A program made the position numbers and the translations under genes. A DNA stretch of 64,000 nucleotides, from the NCBI GenBank assembly GCA_044892525.1, contig CM097885.1:162502001-162566000 (forward strand), written 5' to 3'. Positions within the stretch are counted from its first letter, which is position 1, and the number at the start of each line of letters is the position of its first letter. This document shows positions 1-11,205 of this stretch, piece by piece. A model generated the notes under the pieces. The model ran no database searches. It was given only the letters and a program-made list of their open reading frames with translations, and was not told the origin of the DNA. Origin of the DNA: Schmidtea polychroa (Eukaryota).

Positions 1-1185
1 TCTTGGAATGTACCCGGTGCCGCCGCAATGCCAAAAGGCATTCTATTAAAACAAAATTGTCCTTCTTTAGTAGAAAATGATGTCTTTTCTTGCGATTCTA
101 TGTCCAACTTCACCTGATAATAAGCGTTCCCAAGGTCTATAGAACTAAAGTACTTAGATCCATGTAATGTATCTAGAATTTCTTCTACATTCGGCATAGG
201 AAAAGCTTGTCTTTCAGTAATCTTATTAAGCTGTCTAAAATCTAAACAAAGTCTGATATCTTTTATGTCTTTTTTCCACACGCATACTAACGGCGTATTC
301 CAAGGTGAATTACATCTTCTTATGATATCATTATTTTCTAAATTTTTTATAGCAGCATTTATTTTCTCCTCTAAATTGATGGGTTGTCTTCTGGGTTTTA
401 TCATAATTGGCCCTTCTTTTGTGATTATTTTATGTGCAATTAAATCAGTACATCCGATATCCCAGTTATTAGCCATAAAAACACTTTTATTGTTTTTAAC
501 AATCTCTAACAGTCTTTTATTTTCGTTTAATCTTAGAATTTCTATTGCTCTTTGACATCTCTCGTTATCTGTAATTTTTTCCCCAAATCTAGCTTCTATT
601 TCACATACAAATTCATTATATCCTTCTTCATTTTGCTTGATGTAGTTTAATTCAATTCCAAACTCTTTCTGCAATTCTACTCCGCCTATTATATCTGGAA
701 CAATATTTTTAACTATTATAAATGTTATTTTTCTTTCCATATTACCAATTCTAACATCAATATATATTTTTCCGATTGTCTCTAATTTACTATCATTTGC
801 ACATCTTAACATCTCATCTGTTTTTATGATTTTCACATTCACTAATTTTTCCACAACTGCTTCTGCCATTACATTTACTCTTGCTCCTGTATCTAGTAAG
901 CATTCCATTCTATAACCCTGAATTTCAAGAGTTGTACTCGGTCTACCTTGCATTTTGTCATAACTCAATTTCGGTCGTTTCCATTCATCTTTAGTGAAAT
1001 TATTTTGCTCCTCTGATATTTCATTAATCCACCCAATTTCATTTCTCTCTAATTTATCTTCTGCCTTCTTAATAAATTTATAAACTTTTTCATTTACTAT
1101 TTTATTATTATATTCTGCTTCTTTAATTTTACTATACTCTTCTTGATTCTTAGGATTATTATTATTATTATTTATTAAAGATCGA
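1..1185 (-). mobile_element. Ty3/gypsy pol (aspartic protease + 5' part of reverse transcriptase), runs off window
   Basis: Open frame 1185->1 translated by hand: LLDTGARVNV (protease), SPWNTPLVCVWKK, LCLDFRQLNKIT, FSSIDLGNAYYQV, RMPFGIAAAPGTFQ (RT). Confidence 0.95.
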
Positions 1186-1342
1186 TCAGCATTAAAATAA
1201 CTATAACATTTAAAATTATTTAAAGGAAACTTTTTAAAATTACAAATATTATTACATAAAGGTTCTACATTATTATATATATAAGGATTATTTACATTAT
1301 TAAAATTATTATGACCAATATTTACATCAATATCAAAATTAC

Positions 1343-2381
1343 CTAGTATATTGCTCCGATCATTGCCTCCCGTGTCGAAGCATGTACTTTTGGGTGCTGA
1401 ATCTCCTCATATTTGTCTTCTGCATAGTCTGAATACTCCAATGGCATCATCTCATCATTAGGTTCAATTGCTGCAATTGTTCTTCTTGGATTGTTGATCT
1501 TTTGTTGATAGCTTGTGGTTCGATGGGCATAATAATTATTGTTTCTCATGTTTGAATTAGTTTGAAACTTCCTTCTTTCCAAATTTGTAAAGCAGTCAAT
1601 CTCCTTATGTCCACGTAAGTGACATCTCTGGCATTGAATCGTTGAACATTCTCGCCGTACGTGGCCTTCAACTCCGCATGCAAAACACGTAATTTTCTTT
1701 TTCATTTGGCATTCTCGACTCACATGACCAATTTTCTTGCATGTCCAGCATTCCAATTGTCGGTTACTGACGTTTCGCTGCTTGAAATTATTATTTCCGT
1801 TTACCATTCCTCTTTGAGCAACATCTCTGTAGCTTCTGTAGTTTTGAACAACCGGTGAAGTCTTCACAACATTAACATGGCCCATAATTTTGTTTACCTT
1901 TTCTAATTTCTTTATTGTCGCTTTTATTTCTTCTGATGTTTTCAAATCTTTCATCTCGATCTCTTTTTTAACTTCTCGATCTCTTACACAGTTTGTAAGC
2001 AGGCATTTTTCTATTTCTTCTTCATCCCATTTGTGCGCTATTAATTTCTTTGTCATCTTTTTAATTTTCTCTATAAAAGTTTCGGCTGAATCTGATCCTT
2101 GTTCATAACTCAAAGCTTCTTTTAGATCATCCATTAATGATGTCGGTTTTGAAAATGCATATCGAAGTTTCTCTTCCATAGTTTTCCTTCGGCTGCTTCA
2201 TAATCTTCCATTAGCGATCTGTCAAGTAATGTTGTAGTTAATATTACTTGCATCCTAATTGTTGTTTTTGTCGCGCCAAAAAACCTTTGACAATCCTTGA
2301 TAAAATTTTCTAAATCATCGCCTTTGTGAAATTTCTCAGGATTAGTCTGCTTATCAATAAATCCGTGGTCGTGGTCGCCAT
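1343..2381 (-). mobile_element. Ty3/gypsy gag with three CCHC zinc knuckles, frameshifted near the N-terminus
   Basis: CWTCKKIGHVSREC, CFACGVEGHVRREC, CQRCHLRGHKEIDC in ORF 1343-2179; upstream gag-like frame NPEKFHKGDDLENFIKDCQRFF is offset by single-base indels; ATG at 2381 overlaps the LTR/PBS junction. Confidence 0.9.
2368..2380 (-). promoter_or_regulatory. Primer binding site (TGGCGACCACGAC, tRNA-Arg-like)
   Basis: TGG-initiated motif directly after LTR-terminal ...TCTAACA; tRNA identity from recalled 3' ends. Confidence 0.65.
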
Positions 2382-2945
2382 GTTAGACGCAATTAAATTC
2401 AAGTCTTCTTCAAGCATTTATTTTTATAACAACTTCAAAACTGAGCCGTTTACTAGAATATTTAAACACCGAGGCGTGATAATTATTAATATTAATGTAA
2501 TTACTGGTCATACATTTAATTGATTTAATTTAATATAATTTAATATAATATGATATAATTTAATATAGAATTTAAATATACAAATTTAACAGAAATAATT
2601 ATTTCTACTAACTGATCTCACTTCTACATTTAACCATAATAATTTTATATAGAGGTTTACTAACTCCTTACACTAATGGTAGAAATTTATACAATATCAT
2701 AAAAGTCACGTGATACTTCGTAAAATTCTATTATTTTAAATGTAACTTAATTTTAGTATGAGACTATAGTTAGTTTTTATCACTTTCAATGGGTTAGGCG
2801 CACTCAGAAAATTCTATAAGAAAAATTAGTTCAATAAAAAACCACTTACTCTCAGATAGAGTTATATTTTTCAATCACTTGTTATTGGAAAAATTTTTAA
2901 TATTCAAAATGGCGAAATAATTAAAACTATCAGATGCTTTTGACA
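2381..2945 (-). repeat. Putative 5' LTR of the first gypsy element (outer end uncertain, about 2630-2945)
   Basis: Inner end ...GCGTCTAACA before PBS; candidate outer end TGTCAAAAGCA; AATAAA on minus near 2420. Partner LTR is outside the window. Confidence 0.45.
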
Positions 2946-3009
2946 TTACTTTGTAAAAATTATTTTACTCGAAATTTTAGAATTTAAATTTACAATTTTT
3001 TAACTATTT

Positions 3010-3459
3010 TATTGAATTTCTCTGATAAACAAAAAAAATAAGTTCTGTCAAGAAAAATGGAGAATTTAATTACCTACAAAACTGAATCACTCCCAAATTA
3101 CCTACAAAATTTGGTGTACTTTTATAAAGCTCTTTGTGAAATACTCAAAAGTGCTGTTCCATTTTTTATGTAACATTAAATTTCTAAGAAACGTATAAAT
3201 TATGTGACCAAATATTTATTTTTAAAAGGAAATATAACTTCAGATATGTTATGAAAGCTGTGAGTATCAAAGCGATATTTTCAATAACCAGGAACGAACT
3301 AGGATAAATAAACAAGCTTGGGTAGAATCCAATTGGGAATCCGAGCTCAGATCTACTTTAATTTCATTCATCATATATCGTTATAAATCAACAAATATAG
3401 CAAGTACAGCTGGCCAGGATTATGTAATTGAGTCTTACAATTATAACGTCTCAAAATGA
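3010..3459 (+). pseudogene. PRELI/MSF1-domain paralogue remnant (degenerate exon + intact terminal exon 3244-3459)
   Basis: cag|ATA..: ICYESCEYQSDIFNNQERTRINKQAWVESNWESELRSTLISFIIYRYKSTNIASTAGQDYVIES aligns with the last exon of the PRELID1 gene at 28065-28322, same phase-0 boundary; upstream exon has frameshifts; candidate 51 nt intron 3193-3243. Confidence 0.7.
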
Positions 3460-3864
3460 ATTTCTCAACGAAACTGTTTCAAATTAAAATTATACGATTG
3501 TTTTGTAAATATCTTAAAACTGAGAAAATTGTTGATTCACAATGAGTGTTTACCGTGATAAAATTACATTTATTTTCATCATTACTACTCATAATGAAAC
3601 CAAGTCCAGTTCTTTACAAATTTATTCAACAAAAATTCCACTTTTAAAATTGAGTTATATTAAAAAAACTTGCGTAATATTTAGATAATTATGTTGGAGG
3701 CGATTCTTATTGAATTTCGAATTGATCTAAATAATGGTTAAATTTAAAATATAATTTAGAGTCAATATGAAATATTTATTAATTTACAAATTTAATTGAA
3801 TTATTTATAGAACGTTTTACATCATTTGATGTTATCATTTAAACATTTATTAGTATTTTGTTTC

Positions 3865-3964
3865 TGTTACAATTCAGAAAATGACCAAATTCAAATTTTT
3901 ATTTTCTTGTTTTTATCACAAATTAAAACAAGAATAATAATATTAATTCTTTAATATTATTACA
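3865..3964 (-). repeat. 3' LTR (100 bp, TGTAAT...GTAACA)
   Basis: Identical over 90 bp to 10429-10518. Confidence 0.9.
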
Positions 3965-4239
3965 TGTCTCTCTCTAGTGTCCATTCGCCGTAAAGGTTCG
4001 GAGGTCTTCTTGATCTCTGACTTCTCACTCGGTTATAGCCGTCGGGCATAGTCTCCGTTAAGAGAGAAGGCTGATTAAAAATTGTCCTCGGCGTTCTCCT
4101 GAGAAGTAAATGTTTTTTCTGTTGCTTTTTTGGTGCCTGGGGAGTATATCTGGTTATTGCTTGATAGTCGTAGGACAGGCTCCTCTCCCTCGACGTCCAT
4201 TATCCACGACATGTTTCTTCCTTTTGGCATAAGATATTG

Positions 4240-5655
4240 CTAATTTGTTAACTCATGATTGGAGTACGGCTTGTATCCGACTGATTGGCCTTGGTCGAAT
4301 GTGCTCACTATTGGTCTTCTAATCTGCCTTCCAAAAACCATTTCCGCCGGAGATTTACCATAATAGTTTGCTGAGATGCGATGATAAAATAACATCTTCT
4401 GGAGGAAGACGTCAAATTCCATATGACACTGGCTTAGCTTCCAACATTTGATCCCCTTCTTTATTGTTTGGACAGCTCTCTCTGCCCTCCCATTTGCCAT
4501 TGGAAAGTAAAGCGGAGATTCTATCTTTCGAGCTCCTTGATTCTCAATCCATGCTAAACATTCTTTTGATGTAAACTCAGGAGCGTTGTCGGATACTATG
4601 CATTCTGGTATTCCGAATCTGGTGAATACTGTTCGTAGGCATTTGATGACGTTTTCAGTTGTGCGTTCTTTGGTTCTAAAGGCTTCGATCCATCCCGATC
4701 CTGAATCAACGATTATTAAAATGTTTCCGACGTCTCGGAAGTACGCCCAATCTATGTGAAGTCTTTCAAAGGGTGTGGCGTTTGGCCACTCGTGGACTGT
4801 CTTCTGTTTCTGGGGGCGTAATGTAGAACATATTTCACATTTTTTCACATATTGTTCGATGTCTCTCGTTATACCAGGCCACCATGCTACGTTTTGAATC
4901 ATCCTGCAGGATGATTGGATGCCACTGTGAGATTCCTTGTGGAACGAATCTATCGCCTTTCTTCTTAAACGTTCTGGTATGAATAGACGAGATCCTTTAT
5001 ATAGCATTCCATTTTCGATTGAGAGAGATGCTGAAACCGCCTTAAATGAGAATTCATACTGACTGCATTTTGACCATTTTCCACGTTTTACCCTGTTCAT
5101 AATTCCTTGTATACGAGTGTCTAATTGTAGCTCACTTTTTACTTCTTGGGGTTTTAAAATTGTTTGAAAGACGACACTGTGCATTCTAGCATAGCTCAAT
5201 GTCTTAAAATCGACCGCTTGATTACTAAATCGTAATCTCGTCAATGCATCCGCATGAGTAATTTCTTTTCCTGGAACATGTGTAATGATGTAATCATATT
5301 GCATCAGATTTAAAGCCCATTTCGTAATTCGCAGAGAAGTATGATCGGGTATTGCTTGATTACTTCCTAATAAATATATGAGCGGGCGGTGGTCAGTTTG
5401 TAATGTAAATTTTCGCACTAATAGAAAGTGGCCTTATCTTGAAACTGACCAGACTATGGCTAATGCTTCTCTCTCTATATTAGAGTAGTTCTTTTCTGCT
5501 TCCGATAATGTCCTCGAGACGAATATGACTGGATGTCCTTCTTGTGTGAGGACTGCTCCTATGGCTTCTTTCGATGCATCTGTGGTTAATGTTGCTTCTT
5601 TTTTTAGACAATACGATCTAACTATGGGATGGGAACTTAGTTCCGTTTTTAGCTT
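4240..5655 (-). mobile_element. RNase H + integrase of the Mag-like element (one in-frame stop)
   Basis: LTTDASKEAIGAVL, YSNIEREALAIVW, TDHRPL, HSG..CEIC zinc finger, FERLHIDWA, IVSDNAPEF, NGRAERAVQT. Confidence 0.95.
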
Positions 5656-5659
5656 ATCT

Positions 5660-8600
5660 GCTCTCTTCTGATATAGTGTAGCTCCTTGTTGTCTTCTTCT
5701 AATTCTGCAGGGGTTACGTTCTTGTTGATGAAGCTTTTCAATTGCTCCATGTTTTGAACGAACTCTTTGATGTCGTCGACGCTTGGTTCCGAATGGCCTA
5801 TCTTTTCCAACAAACGCTTTTTAGATTCACTGTTGTTGGGCGTAGGTGGGGAAGAGAAAAGTATACATGCATTTCTATCACGCCTATCAAACCTCATCAT
5901 TTCGTTTAGGCACTCCCCCTACATACTCCACATGATCATTCGCATATTCCCACGTATGAGCCCGTGGTGATGTTCCACGTTGGTGCTGCTCACACGGGTC
6001 GGAAAAAGTTAGCAGGTGAGCCCCTGCCTTAGGACTACTCCTAACCCTTTTCTCGGTACGGGTCCTACGGTGCCTTAGAAGGACTTACCCATGCTTCACG
6101 CATCATTCGGTCCACCCTGGTCCAAAGGGGACGACGTTCCAGCTTCTGCTACTCCTTCAGGATCCTCCACTCATGAAAATTCAATCATAGCCAATCATAC
6201 ATATAATTAACGAAATCGGAAAACAAGCGAACAGCTGTATTAGAACAAAACATCAAAATACACTCAAAATTATGTAAGTAGACACAAAACATTAACGACT
6301 TGTACCAAATAATGTCACTCCTTCGAGTTCGTTCATGGTAGTAGGGGAATCGGGACTTGAGAGAAAACTCACTGTGAGAATGCTTCTCCTTCCGCGAGCA
6401 TCTCGTCGATGTCAACGGGCAACCGGCGATCTTCGAGGAATTTGATACTGCCGGCCGGAACTACCCGGAACACTTCTTTGGTAGGAATGCAATGAGTAAC
6501 GGTAATTTCTTGGATTGTTGATTTGGCTGCGAATAATGATGCCTCAAGCGCAGCCATGGCATTTCTGCGCTTCTGATTCTTTTCCGAGCGCGTCGGCCGC
6601 TTACGCTTTCGATGGGGAAGGGTAGTTGCTAGTGGGGGCTGAGTGAGGTGTGGCCCGAGTATTGGAGCCAAGATAGGGTCCGAGGGTCCACCAGCCATAG
6701 GCCGATAACCAGAGAGAACTGGGGCGGGAATTGGTGGCAATTGTGGACCATGCCCCTTGCAATTAGTTACTGACGATGATTCAGCTGATTGGTGGTGCCC
6801 GGGGAACACATTAGTCCCCTCTTGTATTGGGTATTCGTGAACTCGCTTCGCTATCTCTGCTTCGGAGTATACTTTATGTAGTGCCTCTGATTGGGCTTTT
6901 ATGGTTAGCCGCTGGCATCTACTCTCTTCCAGGAGACTGTCACGGCAGTGCTCCAGACGTAGAATCTTACTCTTCTCCTCTTTCATCTGTGGCGGGGAGA
7001 ACCACGTTCCCTCATAGAGGTCAATTCTCTTCTTTAATTCCCCAATGTACAAGTGCAACTGTGCGATGTCTGCATTTTTGTCCGAACACGAGAAGCATGG
7101 ACGGAGATCTTTTCTGGACTGGATCGGTGTAGTCATCTGAAGATAAAGAAGGTTTCCATTAAGGCGGGGTTGCGAACAGCTTTCCCTCATGATTATTTAG
7201 TTCCCTCAACATACAATTTCGGTGACCCTCGATCGGTCTCCGCTCGGAGATGGTCCTTTAAAACCATCGTTTACTACGACCGCTCATATTCACATCAACG
7301 TAAACCATGCAAGATTAAAAGAAAACGGGAGTCATAAATAAAACACTTTATTATATTAGCTATGTACTGTATATCTCCTACATGTTGTTGATTTATCTAA
7401 GTTATTCTGCTAATTTTCGGGAAAACCTTCGCTTTTATAATTATAACATTTAAATTTTCCGTTGTTTGTTATCGGTGACAATTTTATTCAATATCGTGAC
7501 CTATTGAGAGTCGTTGGGTCTGAATGTCACAGGGAGTGAAATGACTATCGCTTGGAGTACTCGACCTCCCCGTACCAGAAATGAGAATTTGAAAAAACTC
7601 GTCGAGAATTTTAATTATTACTTCGAATTATCTAAAAGTTCGTTTAAATTAGCGGCGTTAGCGTAGTCATGAAAACCCTAACTAGGTCGTCAATTCATTC
7701 CTACTCTGTGCATGTATGTGAGTATGCGTATATTTCACTGTGTTAAGATTATAGTATGCCGGTATTACTCTTACCCACGGCTAGACAATTCTCGTTGAAA
7801 TTAATCTCCCTAAATGATTTCGATGTCGCTGTCTATGTTCGCACACACAGTCTCACACTGTTACATAATTACGTCATTTTCCTACCTGAGTTACTACGGT
7901 GGATCGGCTTGCTTGTGTGCATCATTGGACACACTGATGATTTTGCATGGCGTGGATACCTGATTTGATACTAGAAATATTCAGTTAGATCTATCAACAC
8001 AGTGTTTCGAATTTGGAGTTTTATTATCGCCTTGCCAAGTTGGAATTATGAGTGAGTGATTATAAGGTCTACTCGATGTTTATTTCTGCTAATCTCTATC
8101 AAGCGCCGTTACTGGACCTTCATGGCCTCGTTATCCGGGTATTGGATGTGCTCAGGCGAATGCTTATCGGTCGTCTACGACTAATTTCCAGCAGGCCAAG
8201 ACTAAAAGATAATTTCCCTAGTTTGCTGACCTCAGATTTTCTCAAGGCTGTCGTGAATATTTACATTCACTATCGGATGATTTTCATGTGTCGTATAGGT
8301 TCTACTATTAGCGACGATAAGGCCTGTCAAGATTGATTGTAGAGTCTGATTAAAGCCGAGAGGATGGATGTACTCGCTAATGCTCTAGTAGTTCAAATCT
8401 CTGAGGAAAACTAGAGACAGTTTATACAGATCTGTCTGGGATTTTCCTTTGCAGCCGAAAACTATGATCCCTTCATAATCAATTCACCGAAATTCGAAAG
8501 TTTAAAACAATAATCATGCCGAATTGGAGCATAATGAAGTACGGCAGTACGTGGAAATGAAGATTCTGTCTCATGTCTTTTCCGGAAAGTTTCAAACGGA

Positions 8601-9979
8601 GTTATTATTTGTATCAATTGTCGCAATTCTGTCTCTCCTATGGATGGAAATTTTCTTATGCCGATCGTCGATATCACTCGGTGGTAGATTCTCCATTGTT
8701 ATGTATCTACATCGCTCACCAGATGTCCTCACCCCTCCTGACTCACCCAAGCACAGCATGCATCGCTGCCGCCGCACTTGGACCGTCAGGAAGGACGATT
8801 CCAACCCCTCAGATTTCTATCTTCTTCATCGAAAACAATCATCGCAAATAAACAATAAATTCGTCCGACAATTCAATATTAACGGAATATTATGATTATA
8901 TAAAACAGTTAGTTACCCGGCGACCACGCCGTCCGAAACCCGAACATGACACAAAGTCGGAATAATCCTCGTACACTTTATTTTCCATTCTCAGTGGGAT
9001 TTAAATTCTCGATTCGATGTCTTTATTTTCATTACTCGTCTACGAGTATCATCTAGCCCATTCATTCGCGTTTCGGCATCATGTCCGAATTTCAGACGAC
9101 ATCGTCGCCGGTCGCATGGAGAGAGAGAACATCTTTATAATCAAATAGAAAAATTTATTAAAAATAAATTATATTGTTCATTCCTTTTTATATAAAAACA
9201 AAATTAAAATATGCATCATACTTACAATACGTTTCCTTCGAGAGTATTGGAAAAATATCGGTTGAAGTTTTCTGTTCCCAGGTGAATAATATTAATGCTC
9301 TGTGGAAATCTCGATAACTGTATGAATAGTGTTTCTTGAGTATAGTCCTTGCGAATTGATTTAATGAAGTTTGCTGTAGAGTTTGGTTAAAAAGTGGTGG
9401 TTAACAAGTTAAAATTTTACCTGTAGAGTTTGGTTAAAAAGTGGTACTCTACAGATATTTTCCGTTTCTTTTATATTATTTTCTGTCCAATCAGGACGCG
9501 GCTTGCGTGTAATATTATTATTTATTACTATTTTTATGTTTTTTAATGCAATAAGGTATATTTTAATGACTTTTCTCTATTTTTATTATTATTTTATTTA
9601 TTTTTCTATTTTTTATTATTTCCCTCCTGTTTTTCCTGTGACTTTATTGTTTTTTAGTTATAGTCTAATTTTTTGTTTTAATTAGTTTATGTATTTTTTT
9701 GATAATGATTTATTTTTATTTTATTTCCTAATTTCTGGTTTATTTTTCTTACATTTATTATTTTATTTCCTTATGCTATTATGTGTGGTGCGTTATTTTC
9801 TTTTCTCATCTTGTTTTTCATCTTTTATTGTTTCCATTGGTTATTTTATTCCTTTTATTTCTGTTATGTTTATCTAATTTTATTTGTTCTTCTATTTTTC
9901 GCGCTTTTCGTGCAATTTATTTTATCCCCCTTATTTATTCTTAACCGGTTTTGCAATACTCTCGAAGCTTGGCCCAACA
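5660..9979. mobile_element. Nested fragment of a different LTR family (TGTTGGG/CCCAACA terminus at 9979) carrying accessory ORFs
   Basis: Gag frame breaks at LHDS|TGTTGGG (9979); other junction with RNase H near 5660; A-rich (minus) LTR-like segment about 9000-9979; orientation unresolved. Confidence 0.65.
6369..7190 (-). CDS. Unknown LTR-associated accessory protein, copy 1 (CxxC, coiled coil, TWFSP, Pro-rich linker, basic patch)
   Basis: 273 aa open frame; homologous segments at 18426-18780 and 60094-60743. True start uncertain. Confidence 0.7.
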   Translation of the reverse strand: MRESCSQPRLNGNLLYLQMTTPIQSRKDLRPCFSCSDKNADIAQLHLYIGELKKRIDLYEGTWFSPPQMKEEKSKILRLEHCRDSLLEESRCQRLTIKAQSEALHKVYSEAEIAKRVHEYPIQEGTNVFPGHHQSAESSSVTNCKGHGPQLPPIPAPVLSGYRPMAGGPSDPILAPILGPHLTQPPLATTLPHRKRKRPTRSEKNQKRRNAMAALEASLFAAKSTIQEITVTHCIPTKEVFRVVPAGSIKFLEDRRLPVDIDEMLAEGEAFSQ

Positions 9980-10428
9980 CTGTCATGTAATCCTGCAATT
10001 AGTGACATTGTAATCATGTCTTCTGTTGGATTTGTTGATTCCTTTAGTTTGGAGAATTGACAGAGTTCGGCTCCCTTTCTTAGTCTGAGAATGAAATCGC
10101 TGATTCCTTCTAATTCCTTCTGCTTTAATGAGAAAAATTTATTTCTTTCTACTATCACTAGTCTTGTCTTTGGTTGCAAGAACGATTTTATAGTTCTTTC
10201 GATTTCTTCGTATTTGACTGTTTGAATATTTCTCGGGGACAGCATTGATATGACTTTGCCAAGGGCCTCGAACCCGCATACGGCAATGAAATTGTCTGTT
10301 ATTACATTCTGTTTATCCGAATCAACCCATTTGTTAATTCGAGTCATTGCACTGAATGTCATCATCCATGTTTGACATTGATCTGCATTTGTGAGATCTA
10401 ATACTGGAAATCCTGCTCGTGACGCCAT
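9980..10428 (-). mobile_element. gag N-terminal part of the Mag-like element, truncated by the nested LTR
   Basis: MASRAGFPVLDL..., ERNKFFSLKQKELEGISDFILRLRKGAELCQF is typical retrotransposon gag. Confidence 0.85.
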
Positions 10429-10518
10429 TGTTACAATTCAGAAAATGACCAAATTCAAATTTTTATTTTCTTGTTTTTATCACAAATTAAAACAAGAATA
10501 ATAATATTAATTCTTTAA
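10429..10518 (-). repeat. 5' LTR lacking its outer 10 bp
   Basis: Matches 3865-3954; TATTATTACA missing, replaced by target-site sequence. Confidence 0.9.
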
Positions 10519-10962
10519 ACATTTATTAGTATTTTGTTTCCTTTTTATTTCAATGAGAATTTCGCGAAATTTATAAAGGCAGTTCAGAAATAAATATTGC
10601 TGGGTTATCGGTGAATTGAGATATTAACAATTATTTATCTGAATCCAAGAATGCCTCGACTAACATCAATTATGAATTTTAAATATAATGTTTATTAATC
10701 AGTACATTTACAATTGAATCTCCACTTTACTTATTACAATCACAGAATGATTAGACAATTTTAGTTTTTAGTTTTTATTACTATTTTATGTAAGAATTGC
10801 TACTATTCTATCAATTTTAAATCTTGTAGCCAGTAAGTTTCTTCTAACTGTGGATAAAAGTTTTTCTTTTTTAAGAAAATCCTTGATTCGGTCAATTATA
10901 TCACAGAAACGACTTAATACATTATATGTGAATAACCATCTCATAATAGAATAGAACGGCGA

Positions 10963-11205
10963 CTAATTAGGGTGGTCATCAAATTCTATTTCTTCAAGAA
11001 AATTCTTATATTGTCTATGAGTCTTTGAGTTTGGTCGAATATAATCAACAACCTTAAGAACTGTTTTCATAACATTTTCATACTTCAGATATTTGTCTAT
11101 CAAATTTTCACGGTGAATAATACAATGAACAGATATAAAATCAGGTATTCTGGGATTACTTTTTTGAAAGATTAAAATTGATATGGAAAGGCAATTTATG
11201 TTCAA
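10963..11205 (-). mobile_element. hAT (Buster/GTF2IRD2-like) transposase fragment
   Basis: HCIIHRENL motif, VMKTVLKVVDYIR. Confidence 0.8.

Larger units (their letters stand above)
3865..10518 (-). mobile_element. Ty3/gypsy (Mag/K02A2.6-like) LTR element with 100 bp LTRs, lacking protease/RT and carrying a foreign insert
   Basis: LTRs at 3865-3964 and 10429-10518, PPT-like AGAGAGAGAC at about 3966-3976, PBS-like TGGCGTCACGAG at 10416-10427, gag 5' part and RNase H-integrase present. Confidence 0.9.

Noticed and set aside
265-555. Plus-strand ORFs at 265, 1661, 1890, 5767 and 6827
   Set aside because: Shadow frames opposite recognised minus-strand coding sequence.
7200-7240. CAACA + CGGTGACCCTCG as an LTR end with PBS
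   Set aside because: Lacks TGG and has no partner LTR; cannot be supported.
9503-9990. Hydrophobic Phe/Leu/Tyr-rich ORFs as membrane proteins
   Set aside because: Artefact of the T-rich strand of an LTR-like segment.
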